Assembly (NCBI GenBank): GCA_963783375.1 | Contig: CAWANH010000029.1 | Span: 992,001 to 1,056,000, forward strand | DNA length: 64,000 bases | Source of the DNA: Candidatus Eiseniibacteriota bacterium | GTDB taxonomy: Bacteria; Eisenbacteria; RBG-16-71-46; JABDJR01 | Reading direction: 5' to 3' | Part shown: one piece after another, positions 41,026-50,209 of the stretch | Layout: each line of letters starts with the position of its first letter | Position numbering within the stretch: position 1 is the first letter of the stretch | Program-made: the position numbers and the translations under genes | The notes under the pieces: model-generated | Told to the model about the DNA's origin: nothing | The model's database searches: none | Seen by the model: only the letters and a program-made list of their open reading frames with translations

Positions 41026-44000
41026 TTACTGCGCGATCATCGACTCCGGGGAAAGGGGATCGGCCTCGTCGTCCCCGGAGCCGTGACCGTTGTCTCCGGA
41101 GCCGTTCCCGCCCCCGTTGGTCCCGCCGTTCCGCCGGGTGGAGCCGTTGGCGCCTCGGACCCCGGCGCCGGTGTGCGCGGCCACCTCCTCGGCCCGGAGC
41201 CCGTCGAGCTTCACCGACACCACGCTCGAGACGCCCGGTCGTTGCATGGTCACCCCGTACAGGCAGTCCGAGGCCTCCATCGTCTTCTTGTTGTGGGTGA
41301 TGACGATGAACTGGGTCCGCTTGGAGAACTCCTTCACCATGGCCACGAACCGGTCGATGTTGGCGTCGTCCAGGGGCGCGTCCACCTCGTCCAGGATGCA
41401 GAAGGGGGACGGCTTCACCAGATAGATGGCGAAGAGGAGGGCGATGGCGGTGAGCGCGCGCTCGCCGCTCGAGAGCTGGGCGATGGACTGGGGGCGTTTT
41501 CCGCGCGGCCGGGCCATCACCTCGATGTCCGCCTCCAGGGGATCGTCCCCCACCAGGCCGAGCGAGCACTCCCCGCCCTGGAAGAGCACCTGGAACGTCT
41601 TCTGGAAGTTCTCCTGCACCTGGGTGAAGGTCTCCATGAACATCCGGGCCGCGGTGTGGTTGATCTGCTCGATCGTCTTGACCAGGGTGTCCTTGGCCCG
41701 GAGAAGGTCGTCGCGCTGGGTGGTCATGAACTCCAGGCGCACTCGCTTTTCCTCGAACTCCTCCACCGCCAGGAGGTTCACCGGACCGATCCGCTTCAGC
41801 CGGTCCTTGAGCTCGACCAGGGTCTGGTGGGCGTCCTCGGGAAGCTCCCCCGCCTCGACCCGGTCCAGTTCCTCGGCGGTGACCTCGTACTCCTCGTAGA
41901 GACGCTCCTCCAGGTGCTTGACGTCGCTGCGGATCTCGCTCAGGCGGAGCTCGGAGTCGTGGGCGGCCTGGCGGGCCTGGCCGGCGCGCCGCCTCACCTC
42001 GCGGAGGCGATCCGCATCCTCCTGCTCGCGGGCCGAGGCCTCGCTCTTCTCCCGCTCCCGCTCGACCACCACGTCCTGCTTCTCCGTCCGCGCCCGATGC
42101 AACTCCTCGATCTTCGCGCCCAGATCCTTGAGGTCGCGCTCGATCTCACCTACCCGGACCACCGCCTCTTCCTCGTCGCGCACGGTGCGGTCGCGCTCCG
42201 AGGCCAGGTCCTCGCGTTCCTGGCGAAGCCGTTCGTCGGTGGAGCGCGCGTCCTTGAGCTCGCCCTCCAGCCGGGCCCAGCTCATGCGCATCTCGTGAAC
42301 GCGGGCCAGGACCTCCTCACGGGTGCCCTCGGCCCGGGCCAGAAGTTCTTCCAGCTCGGTCAGCGCCTTCTCCGCCTCCCCCGCCGCGTCCCCGATCCCG
42401 GAGAGCCGGATCGTGAGCCCGTCCCGCTCCCCGTTTAGGGTGTTCCGGGCCGCGTCGAGCCGCGACCGCTCCTCCTCCAGACCGTTCAGGATTTCCGCCG
42501 CGTGGCGCTCCTCGAGCCGGAGGTCGGCTTCCTCGCGATCCAGGGCGGCGCGGGCGGTCCGGGCCGCTTCCAGCTCGTCCAGCCGGCCGGCCAGCTCGGC
42601 GTCCAGGGCCTCCTCTTCGGAGCGGAGTTCCGACTCCTCCCCGGTGAGCGCGTCCAGGGTTCCGGCCAGGGTCTCGATGTCGCGCCGGCAGCGCTCGATC
42701 GTTTCCTGCCGCTCCAGGAGCTCGGCCCCCGCCGGTCCACCCTGGCCGCCGGCCAGGACCGCGGCATCCACATACTGGCCGCTTCGGGTGGCCGCCCGCG
42801 GGGCGCGCCCCTCCCCGACCAGGGCGATCGCCTCGTCGAGGCTCTCCACCAGGGCCAGGTCCCCAAGGAGATAGCGGACCAGCCCCCGCGTGTCGTCCGT
42901 GGCCTGGACCGTTTCCGCCGCCCACCGTACGTCGCCGTTTCGCTCCGGGGCCTCGGGAACGCGATCGAGGGCGATCAGGGTGGCGTAGCCCAGGGAATCG
43001 TCCCGGAGCCGGTCCAGCAACCGCCGGGCGGCGCCGGTGTCGTTCACCACCACGAACTGCCAGGCCGCGCTGAGTGCGGGCTCCAGCGCTTCCCGCCACT
43101 CGCCGGGGACCTGGATCAGGTCCCCAAGGGTGCCACGCACCCCCGGATCGCGCCCCTCATCGAGCATGAGCGCCCGCACCCCGGGATCGAATCCTTCATA
43201 TCGCTCGCGGAGGTTCTCCAGGGTGGAGAGCCGGGACCCCGCCGCCGCCTCTTCCTGGCGCTTCTCGCTCACCCGCCGGCGGTGCAACTCGATCCGCTCT
43301 TCCAGGTTCTTCCGGCGGACCTCCAGCACCTCGCGATCGTTTTCGAGCTCGGCCACCCGTGACGCCGCCTTCGACGCGTTGCCCCGCGAAACCTCCAGGG
43401 ACTCCGCGAACTCCCGGGTCCGGGTCCGGGCGGTCTCGATCCGTTCCGCGTTCAGGGACAGGCGCGCCTCCAGGTCCTCCAGGCGGCGCCCGGCGGTTTC
43501 GACCTCGCCCTCGGCCCGGATGCGCTCGTCGCGGAGGCGGATCGCCTCCTGCTTGCGGCCGGCCACCCCGTCCCGAAGTTCGCGCACTCGGCTCTCGGCG
43601 GCGGTCAGCTCCGTCTCGCCCTGGTCCAGGCGTGCCCGCTCCGTCCCCTCCCGCGAGCCGAGGTCGGTGAGGCGCACCGTCACTTCCTCGGCCCGGAGGG
43701 TGTTCCGCTCCAGGCGGTCGACGAGGCGAACCTTCAGCTCGCGCGCCTCGGCGATCCGGTTCGTGGTGGCGGTGAGCCGCTCCCGGAGCACCATGATCCG
43801 GCTGTTGTGGTTCCCGATCTCGTCGTCCACCTGGGCCAGCTCCTCGCGGGCCTCGGAGAGTTTCCGCTCCTCCTCCAGCACGGTGAGGTGCAGGGCCTCC
43901 AGGCGGGCCTCCAGGGTGGCCACCTCGGTCTCCCCGGCCTCCGCGGTGTTGAGCGCGCTCCGGTACGTCTCATCGAGGCTGCCCAGCTCGTCCAGCCAGC

Positions 44001-44706
44001 GCCGCCGCTGGGTCTGGGACCAGGCGAGGTCGATCCCCCGGATCTCCTCCATGAGCTCCCGGTAGCGCCGGGCCTTGCCCACCTGCCGGCGGAGCGAGGT
44101 CACCTGGCGGTCCACCTCGGAGATGATGTCGCTAACCCGCACCAGGTCCCGGTCGGTGGCCTCGAGTTTGTTCAGGGCCTCCTTCTTCCGGGACTTGTAC
44201 TTCATGATCCCCGCCGCTTCCTCGAACAGGAACCGGCGGTGGCCGGTGGTGTCGGAGAGGATATTGTCCACCATGGTCCGCTCGATCACCGAGTAGGCGT
44301 GGCTCCCCATGCCGGTGTCGAGGAAGAGATCGCGCACGTCCTTGAGCCGCACCGGCTGCTTGTTGATGGTGTACTCGGAAATGCCGGACCGGTAGAGCCT
44401 ACGGCCCACCGTCACCTGCCCGTAGTCGATGGGGAGGCGCCCGCGATCGTTGTTGAGGGTGAGCTCGACCTCGGCCAGGGAGAGGGGCTTCTCCTCGCGG
44501 GTGCCGTTGAAGATCACGTCCTCCATCTTCGACCCGCGGAGCTGCTTGGTGGACTGCTCACCGAGGACCCAACGCAGGGCGTCCACGATGTTGCTCTTCC
44601 CGCAGCCGTTGGGGCCGATGACCCCCGAGATGCCGGGCCCGAAGTCGAGGTGGATCTTCTGGTTGAAGGACTTGAATCCGAATAGGCTCAGTTTCTCGAC
44701 GAACAC
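41026..44706 (-). CDS. smc: Chromosome segregation protein SMC
   Basis: GFKSF, GPNGCGKSN, coiled coils and hinge, LSSGE, PFCILDEVDAPLD, ITH. Confidence 0.97.
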   Translation of the reverse strand: MFVEKLSLFGFKSFNQKIHLDFGPGISGVIGPNGCGKSNIVDALRWVLGEQSTKQLRGSKMEDVIFNGTREEKPLSLAEVELTLNNDRGRLPIDYGQVTVGRRLYRSGISEYTINKQPVRLKDVRDLFLDTGMGSHAYSVIERTMVDNILSDTTGHRRFLFEEAAGIMKYKSRKKEALNKLEATDRDLVRVSDIISEVDRQVTSLRRQVGKARRYRELMEEIRGIDLAWSQTQRRRWLDELGSLDETYRSALNTAEAGETEVATLEARLEALHLTVLEEERKLSEAREELAQVDDEIGNHNSRIMVLRERLTATTNRIAEARELKVRLVDRLERNTLRAEEVTVRLTDLGSREGTERARLDQGETELTAAESRVRELRDGVAGRKQEAIRLRDERIRAEGEVETAGRRLEDLEARLSLNAERIETARTRTREFAESLEVSRGNASKAASRVAELENDREVLEVRRKNLEERIELHRRRVSEKRQEEAAAGSRLSTLENLRERYEGFDPGVRALMLDEGRDPGVRGTLGDLIQVPGEWREALEPALSAAWQFVVVNDTGAARRLLDRLRDDSLGYATLIALDRVPEAPERNGDVRWAAETVQATDDTRGLVRYLLGDLALVESLDEAIALVGEGRAPRAATRSGQYVDAAVLAGGQGGPAGAELLERQETIERCRRDIETLAGTLDALTGEESELRSEEEALDAELAGRLDELEAARTARAALDREEADLRLEERHAAEILNGLEEERSRLDAARNTLNGERDGLTIRLSGIGDAAGEAEKALTELEELLARAEGTREEVLARVHEMRMSWARLEGELKDARSTDERLRQEREDLASERDRTVRDEEEAVVRVGEIERDLKDLGAKIEELHRARTEKQDVVVEREREKSEASAREQEDADRLREVRRRAGQARQAAHDSELRLSEIRSDVKHLEERLYEEYEVTAEELDRVEAGELPEDAHQTLVELKDRLKRIGPVNLLAVEEFEEKRVRLEFMTTQRDDLLRAKDTLVKTIEQINHTAARMFMETFTQVQENFQKTFQVLFQGGECSLGLVGDDPLEADIEVMARPRGKRPQSIAQLSSGERALTAIALLFAIYLVKPSPFCILDEVDAPLDDANIDRFVAMVKEFSKRTQFIVITHNKKTMEASDCLYGVTMQRPGVSSVVSVKLDGLRAEEVAAHTGAGVRGANGSTRRNGGTNGGGNGSGDNGHGSGDDEADPLSPESMIAQ

Positions 44707-44707
44707 G

Positions 44708-46141
44708 TCATGAAGCTCCTTGCTCGATGGCCGCGGACCAGGCCTCGCGCACGAGACCGGGTATAGGGCCCTCCTCCTCCGCGGACACCGTCCGGAGATC
44801 CAGGAGGATCTTCTCCTCCTGCACCCGGCCGAGAAGAGCCGGGCGGACGTGCCGCAGTGCCCGCTCGAGGCGGGCTGCCGACGTGTGCGGCCGCGGATCG
44901 AGGACCACCACCGAAGTGACGAGCCCTTCCAGCGGGAGGGTCCCCCCTCCCACCGCCGCGGTCGCTTCCTCCACCATCACCTGTGGAGCCGGTTCCGTCA
45001 GAGCATCCCTCAGCGCATGGGCCAACCGATCGGCCCGCGCCCGGACGCTCTCCGGAGCCTCGAAAATCATGCGCAGGACGGGGATCTCGCGCCGGGCGCG
45101 CTCCCCATCCAGATAGGCGGCCAGGGTGACCTGCAGCGCCGCCAGGAGCAGCTTGTCGATCCGCACCGCGCGGGCCAGGGGGTGGCGCCGGATCCGCTCC
45201 ACCATCTCCCGCCGCCCAACCACGATCCCGGCCTGGGGTCCGCCCAGGAGCTTGTCGCCGCTCAGGGTGACCAGGTCCGGACCCTGGGCCACCACATCCG
45301 AAACCACCGGTTCGGGGCGGATGCCCGCATCGCCCACGTCCAGGAACGCGCCGCTCCCCAGGTCCACCACCACCGGGATCCCGTGCTTCGCCCCGAGGGC
45401 GGTGAGCCGGGAGAGTTCGACCTCGGCGGTGAACCCCTCGATCCGGTAGTTGCTGGTGTGCACCTTGAGCAGGACCCCGGTATCGGGGCCCACCGCGTTC
45501 TCGAAGTCCCGGAGGTGGGTCCGGTTGGTCGTTCCCACCTCGCGGAGCCGCGCACCGCTCTGTTCCAGGATATCAGGAATTCGGAAGGATCCACCGATTT
45601 CCACGAGTTCGCCCCGGGAAATGACCACGTCCTTCCCGCGAGCGAGCGCGGCCAGGGTGAGCATCACCGCGGCCGCGTTGTTGTTGACCACGAAGGCGTC
45701 CTCGGCCCCGGTAAGCAGGGTCAAGAGTTCGGTCGCGTGATCCTGTCGCGATCCCCGCCGCCCTTGTTCCAGATCCATCTCCAGGTCCGAGTACGCTCCC
45801 CCCACCTCGACCAGATGCCGGAGCGCGGCGGTCGAGAGGGGCGAGCGGCCGAGATTAGTGTGGATCAACACCCCGGTGGCGTTGATCACCCGCTCCGGTC
45901 GCGGGACAGCCAGACCCTGAAATCGCGCCCGCACCCGCCCGGCCAGCGCCTCAGCGGAGAGGTCCTCGCCGGCGGCAAGGGCCCCTCCCTCCCTCACGTC
46001 CCGACGCGCCTCATCCAGCATCCGGCGGACCAGGAGCGTGACCAGCCACGGGGTCGCGGGGAGCGGATCCGCCGCCAGGACGGCAAGTACGGCATCGACC
46101 CCGGGAATCCGGCGAAGCCGTTCCCGGAGTTCAGGTTCCAT
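44708..46141 (-). CDS. selA: L-seryl-tRNA(Sec) selenium transferase
   Basis: VINATGVLIHTNLGRSP, VVNNNAAA, SRGELVEIGGSFRIP, EVGTTNRT, SGDKLLGGPQ. Confidence 0.96.
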   Translation of the reverse strand: MEPELRERLRRIPGVDAVLAVLAADPLPATPWLVTLLVRRMLDEARRDVREGGALAAGEDLSAEALAGRVRARFQGLAVPRPERVINATGVLIHTNLGRSPLSTAALRHLVEVGGAYSDLEMDLEQGRRGSRQDHATELLTLLTGAEDAFVVNNNAAAVMLTLAALARGKDVVISRGELVEIGGSFRIPDILEQSGARLREVGTTNRTHLRDFENAVGPDTGVLLKVHTSNYRIEGFTAEVELSRLTALGAKHGIPVVVDLGSGAFLDVGDAGIRPEPVVSDVVAQGPDLVTLSGDKLLGGPQAGIVVGRREMVERIRRHPLARAVRIDKLLLAALQVTLAAYLDGERARREIPVLRMIFEAPESVRARADRLAHALRDALTEPAPQVMVEEATAAVGGGTLPLEGLVTSVVVLDPRPHTSAARLERALRHVRPALLGRVQEEKILLDLRTVSAEEEGPIPGLVREAWSAAIEQGAS

Positions 46142-46152
46142 GGCGACTATGA

Positions 46153-46199
46153 ATACCAGATCTGGTAGGGTCGGTCAAAAGAATTTCCAAATCCTGGGG
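46153..46199. promoter_or_regulatory. Tandem NrdR-box-like sites upstream of selA-smc-ftsY
   Basis: ATACCAGATCTGGTAG (46153-46168; perfect 14-bp palindrome core) and TTTCCAAATCCTGGGG (46184-46199), 31 bp apart, flanking a minus-strand TTGACC (46173-46178). Confidence 0.6.
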
Positions 46200-46502
46200 G
46201 GCTTTCGTGCCCCACGGGGGAGGCGGGCAGGCGTGGCGCGGTCTTTCCGGACGACCCCGCCTCCCCGGCCGGTTGAGCCGATGATTATGCCACGGAGCGG
46301 GGGGGGCGGGGCAAATGACTGCTGCCGACGGAGATCCGGCCCCGCGGATCTTCCCGGGAAGCCACGACCGGATTTGCGCCGTTGGTACACTGGAGGTGAC
46401 TGCTGTCAGGGCACCGGTCGCGTCCGATAGACTGGCAATCCCCCTCGAATCCGGGCCCGGTAGCGTGGGCCGGACCCCGTCCCCCTTGGAGATGACCGTT
46501 AC

Positions 46503-47177
46503 GTGACCTCGCGACTCGCCGAACTGGATCGCGCCTACCGGCGCGCGATGCGCATCACCCTGCCCCTGGCCGCGATCCTGCTCGCCGTCGGCCTCATGAC
46601 CCTTCCCTCCCCGCACCCGGCCATCTACCGGGATCGCACGGTGGGGTTCAAGGGGCCGCTCCACATCATGCCGGAACTGGACATCACCCCCGAGGAGCTG
46701 AGCGAGCGACGGCTGACCGCGGCCCCCCGAAACGCCTCCGCCGCCGACTTCGTGGCGGTGGAGATCGACCTGGTGCCGGACGAGCGGGAGATGGCCGAGG
46801 AGCCGGTGCCCCTTCCCAAGCCCCTGGACAAGGACCAGGTCGAGGTGCTCACCACCGACAACGTCCAGGACGCCATCCGCACCACCGGTCTCCCCGTCCC
46901 CGCCCAGACCGACCTGGAAGTTCTCTTCGCCGCTCGGCCGGTGTATCCCGCGATGGCCGTCCTGCGGGAGATCGAGGGACGGGTGGAGGTTCTGCTGCTG
47001 GTGGACCGGCAGGGGTCGGTGACCGTGGCCTACGTGGTGGACCCGGGCCGCAAACCCCTGCTCGAGGAGGCGGCACGCCGGGCCGCCCGCCGCTATATCT
47101 TCCGCCCCTACAAAGTGAACGGGGAGCCGACCCCGTTCTGGGTGCGGCTCCCCTTCGAGTTCCACCTGGTGTCCTGA
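46503..47177 (+). CDS. TonB family protein
   Basis: N-terminal TM, acidic/Pro linker, PVYP..A....IEGRVEVLLLVD..G.V C-terminal domain. Confidence 0.85.
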   Translation: MTSRLAELDRAYRRAMRITLPLAAILLAVGLMTLPSPHPAIYRDRTVGFKGPLHIMPELDITPEELSERRLTAAPRNASAADFVAVEIDLVPDEREMAEEPVPLPKPLDKDQVEVLTTDNVQDAIRTTGLPVPAQTDLEVLFAARPVYPAMAVLREIEGRVEVLLLVDRQGSVTVAYVVDPGRKPLLEEAARRAARRYIFRPYKVNGEPTPFWVRLPFEFHLVS

Positions 47178-47228
47178 GCGGCGCGGAGCGATCGGGCCGC
47201 TCCCGTGGAGATTCGTGAATAAGTCGGG

Positions 47229-47735
47229 CTAGAACTCGAAGCGGCCGAAGTCGCCGGGATCCATGTCCTCCAGAAGCTTCTTGAGTTCGGCCGCTGTCTC
47301 CTCTTCCGTCTTCTCCACCGGCTTGGCGCTCACGCTCACCCCCTGGCCGCTGACCATGACTTCCTCGGCCACGAACAGGGGCGCCTCGGCCCGAAGAGCC
47401 ACGGCGATGGAGTCCGACGGGCGCGCGTCGACCAGGATCTGTTCTCCATCCCGCTCCAGGTGGATCTCCGCGAAGAAGGTGTTTTCCTTGAGCGCGGTGA
47501 TGGAGACCCCGACCACCCTGGCCTTCAGGCTCTTGACCAGAGTGGTCATCAGATCGTGGCTCATCGGACGTTCGAACTTCTCGCCGGCCAGGACGATACC
47601 GATCGCCCGGGCCTCCGCCTCCCCGATCCAGATGGGGAGGATTCGCTCCCCACCCTCCTCCTGGAGAATCACGATCGGCGATTTGGATCGATCGTCCATC
47701 ATGAGCCCGCGCACGCGGACCCGAACCATCGCCAT
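47229..47735 (-). CDS. Bifunctional nuclease (DUF151) family protein
   Basis: LPIWIG..EA.AI, RPMSHDL, DARPSDSIAVA. Confidence 0.92.
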   Translation of the reverse strand: MAMVRVRVRGLMMDDRSKSPIVILQEEGGERILPIWIGEAEARAIGIVLAGEKFERPMSHDLMTTLVKSLKARVVGVSITALKENTFFAEIHLERDGEQILVDARPSDSIAVALRAEAPLFVAEEVMVSGQGVSVSAKPVEKTEEETAAELKKLLEDMDPGDFGRFEF

Positions 47736-47764
47736 GATGCGCCCTTTCACTGGCTCCCGCTGAG

Positions 47765-49045
47765 CTACCGGCCTCCCGCCGCGGCCTGCTTCATGATCTC
47801 ATCCGGCGACCCGAATTGGGAAGGATCGTCGTTCAGGTGCTCGAGGAGATAATCCCCCGCCTTCCGCCAATCGGAGTCCCCGAACTTCTGCTGAAGCCTG
47901 AGGAACGCCCGCTTGGCGTTCTCCTGCTTCTTGTCCGCGGTGAGAAAGAGGTAGCCGATCATGAACTGGGCCTCAGGGGCCGAGTCGCAATCGGCGAAGT
48001 CGAAAGCCACCCGCCGGTAGAGTTCGATACGGCCGTCGGGGTCGGGGTGCTTGCCCGCCATCTCCATGATGCGCTGACAGTTGTTCGGAACCCCGGTAAA
48101 CTTGGTGAACGCCTCGGAAATGAACTTCGCCTTGGTTTCCTCGCGCGCTTCGGTCAGCTGACTCTGGTACCAGTTCGGCCAGAGGTCCTTGTTGAGGATG
48201 AGGACGATCTGGTCGTAAGCCTGGTCGAGGGTCTGGACCTTATCGCCCTCTCTCTTCTCCGCCTTCACCACGTGCCAGCCGTCGGTCAGGTGAACCGTCC
48301 CGATCTCCCCCGGATTGAGTCCGGCCACCAAATCGTAGAAGGCCGGATCCTTCCCGATCCCCATCACCTCCGTGTCCCGCTGCACGTAGCCGAGCGCCCC
48401 GCCCAGGTCCCGGGTGAGGCTGTCCTGGGAGTACTGGCGGGCGAGATCGGCGAAGCTCTGCCCTTCCTTGGCCAGCTTCTCGATCCGCCGGGCTTCCGCT
48501 TCGGTGGGGACCTTTATGTGGCGAACCGCCACCCGGAGCGGGGTGAAGAACTTGTCCTGGTGCTCCCGGTAGTATTTCTCCACCGCCTCCCGGCTGGGGG
48601 AGCCTTGGGGGAGCAGGACTTCGTTCATGTATTTCGTGGCCAGGAGTTGCGAACGCAGGGCGTCGATCTGCCTTTCGTCGTCCGCGTCGAGCTTCATGCC
48701 CCGCTTGAGCGCCATGTCGGCCCAGACGAACTGGTCCATCAGGCTTCCCAGGGCCACCTGCACGATGTCCGCGCTCTGCATGTACCGATCGACCGTCTTT
48801 TCACCGGTGGACTTCACCATGTGATTCCGCAGGTCCCCGACGGTGATCGGCATGTCGCCCACCTTGGCCAGGACGATGTGCATCCGGGCCAGGGAATCGG
48901 CGACGGTCTTGTTCAGCCCGGAGGGAACGTCGGGCACCGTACCGGAGAATTGCTTCGGCTCTCCCCCACCGCACCCCACCGCCAGGAATGCGGCGCCGAG
49001 GATCAGGGCGAACAGGATGGGAAGCCGGTACTGCTTCTTGGGCAC
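47765..49045 (-). CDS. Parvulin-type peptidyl-prolyl isomerase lipoprotein with C-terminal TPR-like region
   Basis: Lipobox LAVG-C; VRHI.V, FADLARQYSQD, GGALG, GWHVVK; APEAQFMIGY. Confidence 0.82.
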   Translation of the reverse strand: MPKKQYRLPILFALILGAAFLAVGCGGGEPKQFSGTVPDVPSGLNKTVADSLARMHIVLAKVGDMPITVGDLRNHMVKSTGEKTVDRYMQSADIVQVALGSLMDQFVWADMALKRGMKLDADDERQIDALRSQLLATKYMNEVLLPQGSPSREAVEKYYREHQDKFFTPLRVAVRHIKVPTEAEARRIEKLAKEGQSFADLARQYSQDSLTRDLGGALGYVQRDTEVMGIGKDPAFYDLVAGLNPGEIGTVHLTDGWHVVKAEKREGDKVQTLDQAYDQIVLILNKDLWPNWYQSQLTEAREETKAKFISEAFTKFTGVPNNCQRIMEMAGKHPDPDGRIELYRRVAFDFADCDSAPEAQFMIGYLFLTADKKQENAKRAFLRLQQKFGDSDWRKAGDYLLEHLNDDPSQFGSPDEIMKQAAAGGR

Positions 49046-49086
49046 GGCGGGCTCCTTGTCGTTCGGCGGTCCGGGTCCAGGGCGAG

Positions 49087-49530
49087 CTACTTCTTGACGA
49101 CCCAGACCTTGACCTTGCCTTCCACGTCCTGGAAGAGCTTGATGGACACGTTGTACACACCGAGCTGCTTGAGCGGCTCATCCAGGAGGATCTTGCGCTT
49201 GTCCACCTCGACCCCCTGGACCTTCAGGGCCTCGGCGATGTCGGCCGAGGTCACCGAGCCGAAGAGCTTGTCCTCTTCGCCGACCTCCACCGGGATGTGC
49301 ACGGAGATGTTCTCGAACTTGCGGGCCGCTTCCTCCGCCTCGCGCTTGGCCTTGGTGTCGCGGTGCGCGCGCTGGCGCTCCAGCTCCGCAAAGACCTTGG
49401 CCCCGGCTCCGGTGGAGGCGATAGCCAGCTTGCTGGGAATGAGGTAGTTGCGGCCGTAACCGTTCGCGACCCGCACCTTGTCCCCGCGCTCCCCCAGGCC
49501 CTTCACGTTCTCGATCAGGATGACTTCCAT
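49087..49530 (-). CDS. rplI: 50S ribosomal protein L9
   Basis: MEVILIENVKGLG..G..V.V..GYGRNYLIP, KLFGSVT. Confidence 0.97.
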   Translation of the reverse strand: MEVILIENVKGLGERGDKVRVANGYGRNYLIPSKLAIASTGAGAKVFAELERQRAHRDTKAKREAEEAARKFENISVHIPVEVGEEDKLFGSVTSADIAEALKVQGVEVDKRKILLDEPLKQLGVYNVSIKLFQDVEGKVKVWVVKK

Positions 49531-49549
49531 GACGACATCTCCCTCCGTT

Positions 49550-49792
49550 TCAGCGAAGCTGGTCGTTGGTGTAGGGGAGGAGCGCCAGCACCCGCGCGCG
49601 CTTTATGGCGCGGGTGACCTGGGCCTGGTGACGGGCGCAGGACCCCGAGACCCGCCGGGGAACGATCTTCCCGTGGTCGGTCAGGAATCTCTGAAGCTTG
49701 CGCTCGTCCTTGTAGTCTATGTGGGTCACCTTCTCGAAGCAGAGCTTGCAGTATTTCCGCTTCGGGGTGCGCGGGCCTTTTGTTCTAGCCAT
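49550..49792 (-). CDS. rpsR: 30S ribosomal protein S18 (Zn-binding form)
   Basis: KYCKLC, IDYKD, GKIVPRR.SG.CARHQ, AIKRAR.LALLPY. Confidence 0.96.
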   Translation of the reverse strand: MARTKGPRTPKRKYCKLCFEKVTHIDYKDERKLQRFLTDHGKIVPRRVSGSCARHQAQVTRAIKRARVLALLPYTNDQLR

Positions 49793-49827
49793 GATCTGTC
49801 TCCCTCTATATGCCACCGGAAGACCGG

Positions 49828-50184
49828 TTATTCCTCGGAGTCGTCGTCGTCGTCCCGGTCCGAGCGCTCCCGCTTGGCCGCCTGCTCCTCGGCAGTAGGT
49901 CCCTCGAAGAGAACGGTGAGGAACCGGAGCATGTTCTCGTTCAGCCGATACCGCCGATCCAGGTCGGACAGGATGTCCGGCCCGCTGCGGAACCGGATCA
50001 GGGTGTAGATCCCCTCTTTCTTCTTGTTGATCTCGTAGGCGAGCTTGCGCCGGCCCCATTTCTGGATCTCGGTGACCTCGCCGCTCCGGCCGGTGATGAA
50101 CTCGCGCACCTTCTCGACCTCGGTATCCACCTGGGCGTCGTCCACGCCGGGGTCGAGAACAAAGATGGTTTCGTACTCTTTCAT
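49828..50184 (-). CDS. rpsF: 30S ribosomal protein S6
   Basis: [26 protein letters not shown]. Confidence 0.96.
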   Translation of the reverse strand: MKEYETIFVLDPGVDDAQVDTEVEKVREFITGRSGEVTEIQKWGRRKLAYEINKKKEGIYTLIRFRSGPDILSDLDRRYRLNENMLRFLTVLFEGPTAEEQAAKRERSDRDDDDDSEE

Positions 50185-50209
50185 TGTTGGATCTCCCGAA
50201 CTCGTTGTT

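Noticed and set aside
46142-46502. selC (tRNA-Sec) upstream of selA
   Set aside because: GC-rich hairpins are present, but there is no TCA anticodon arm, T-loop or acceptor stem.
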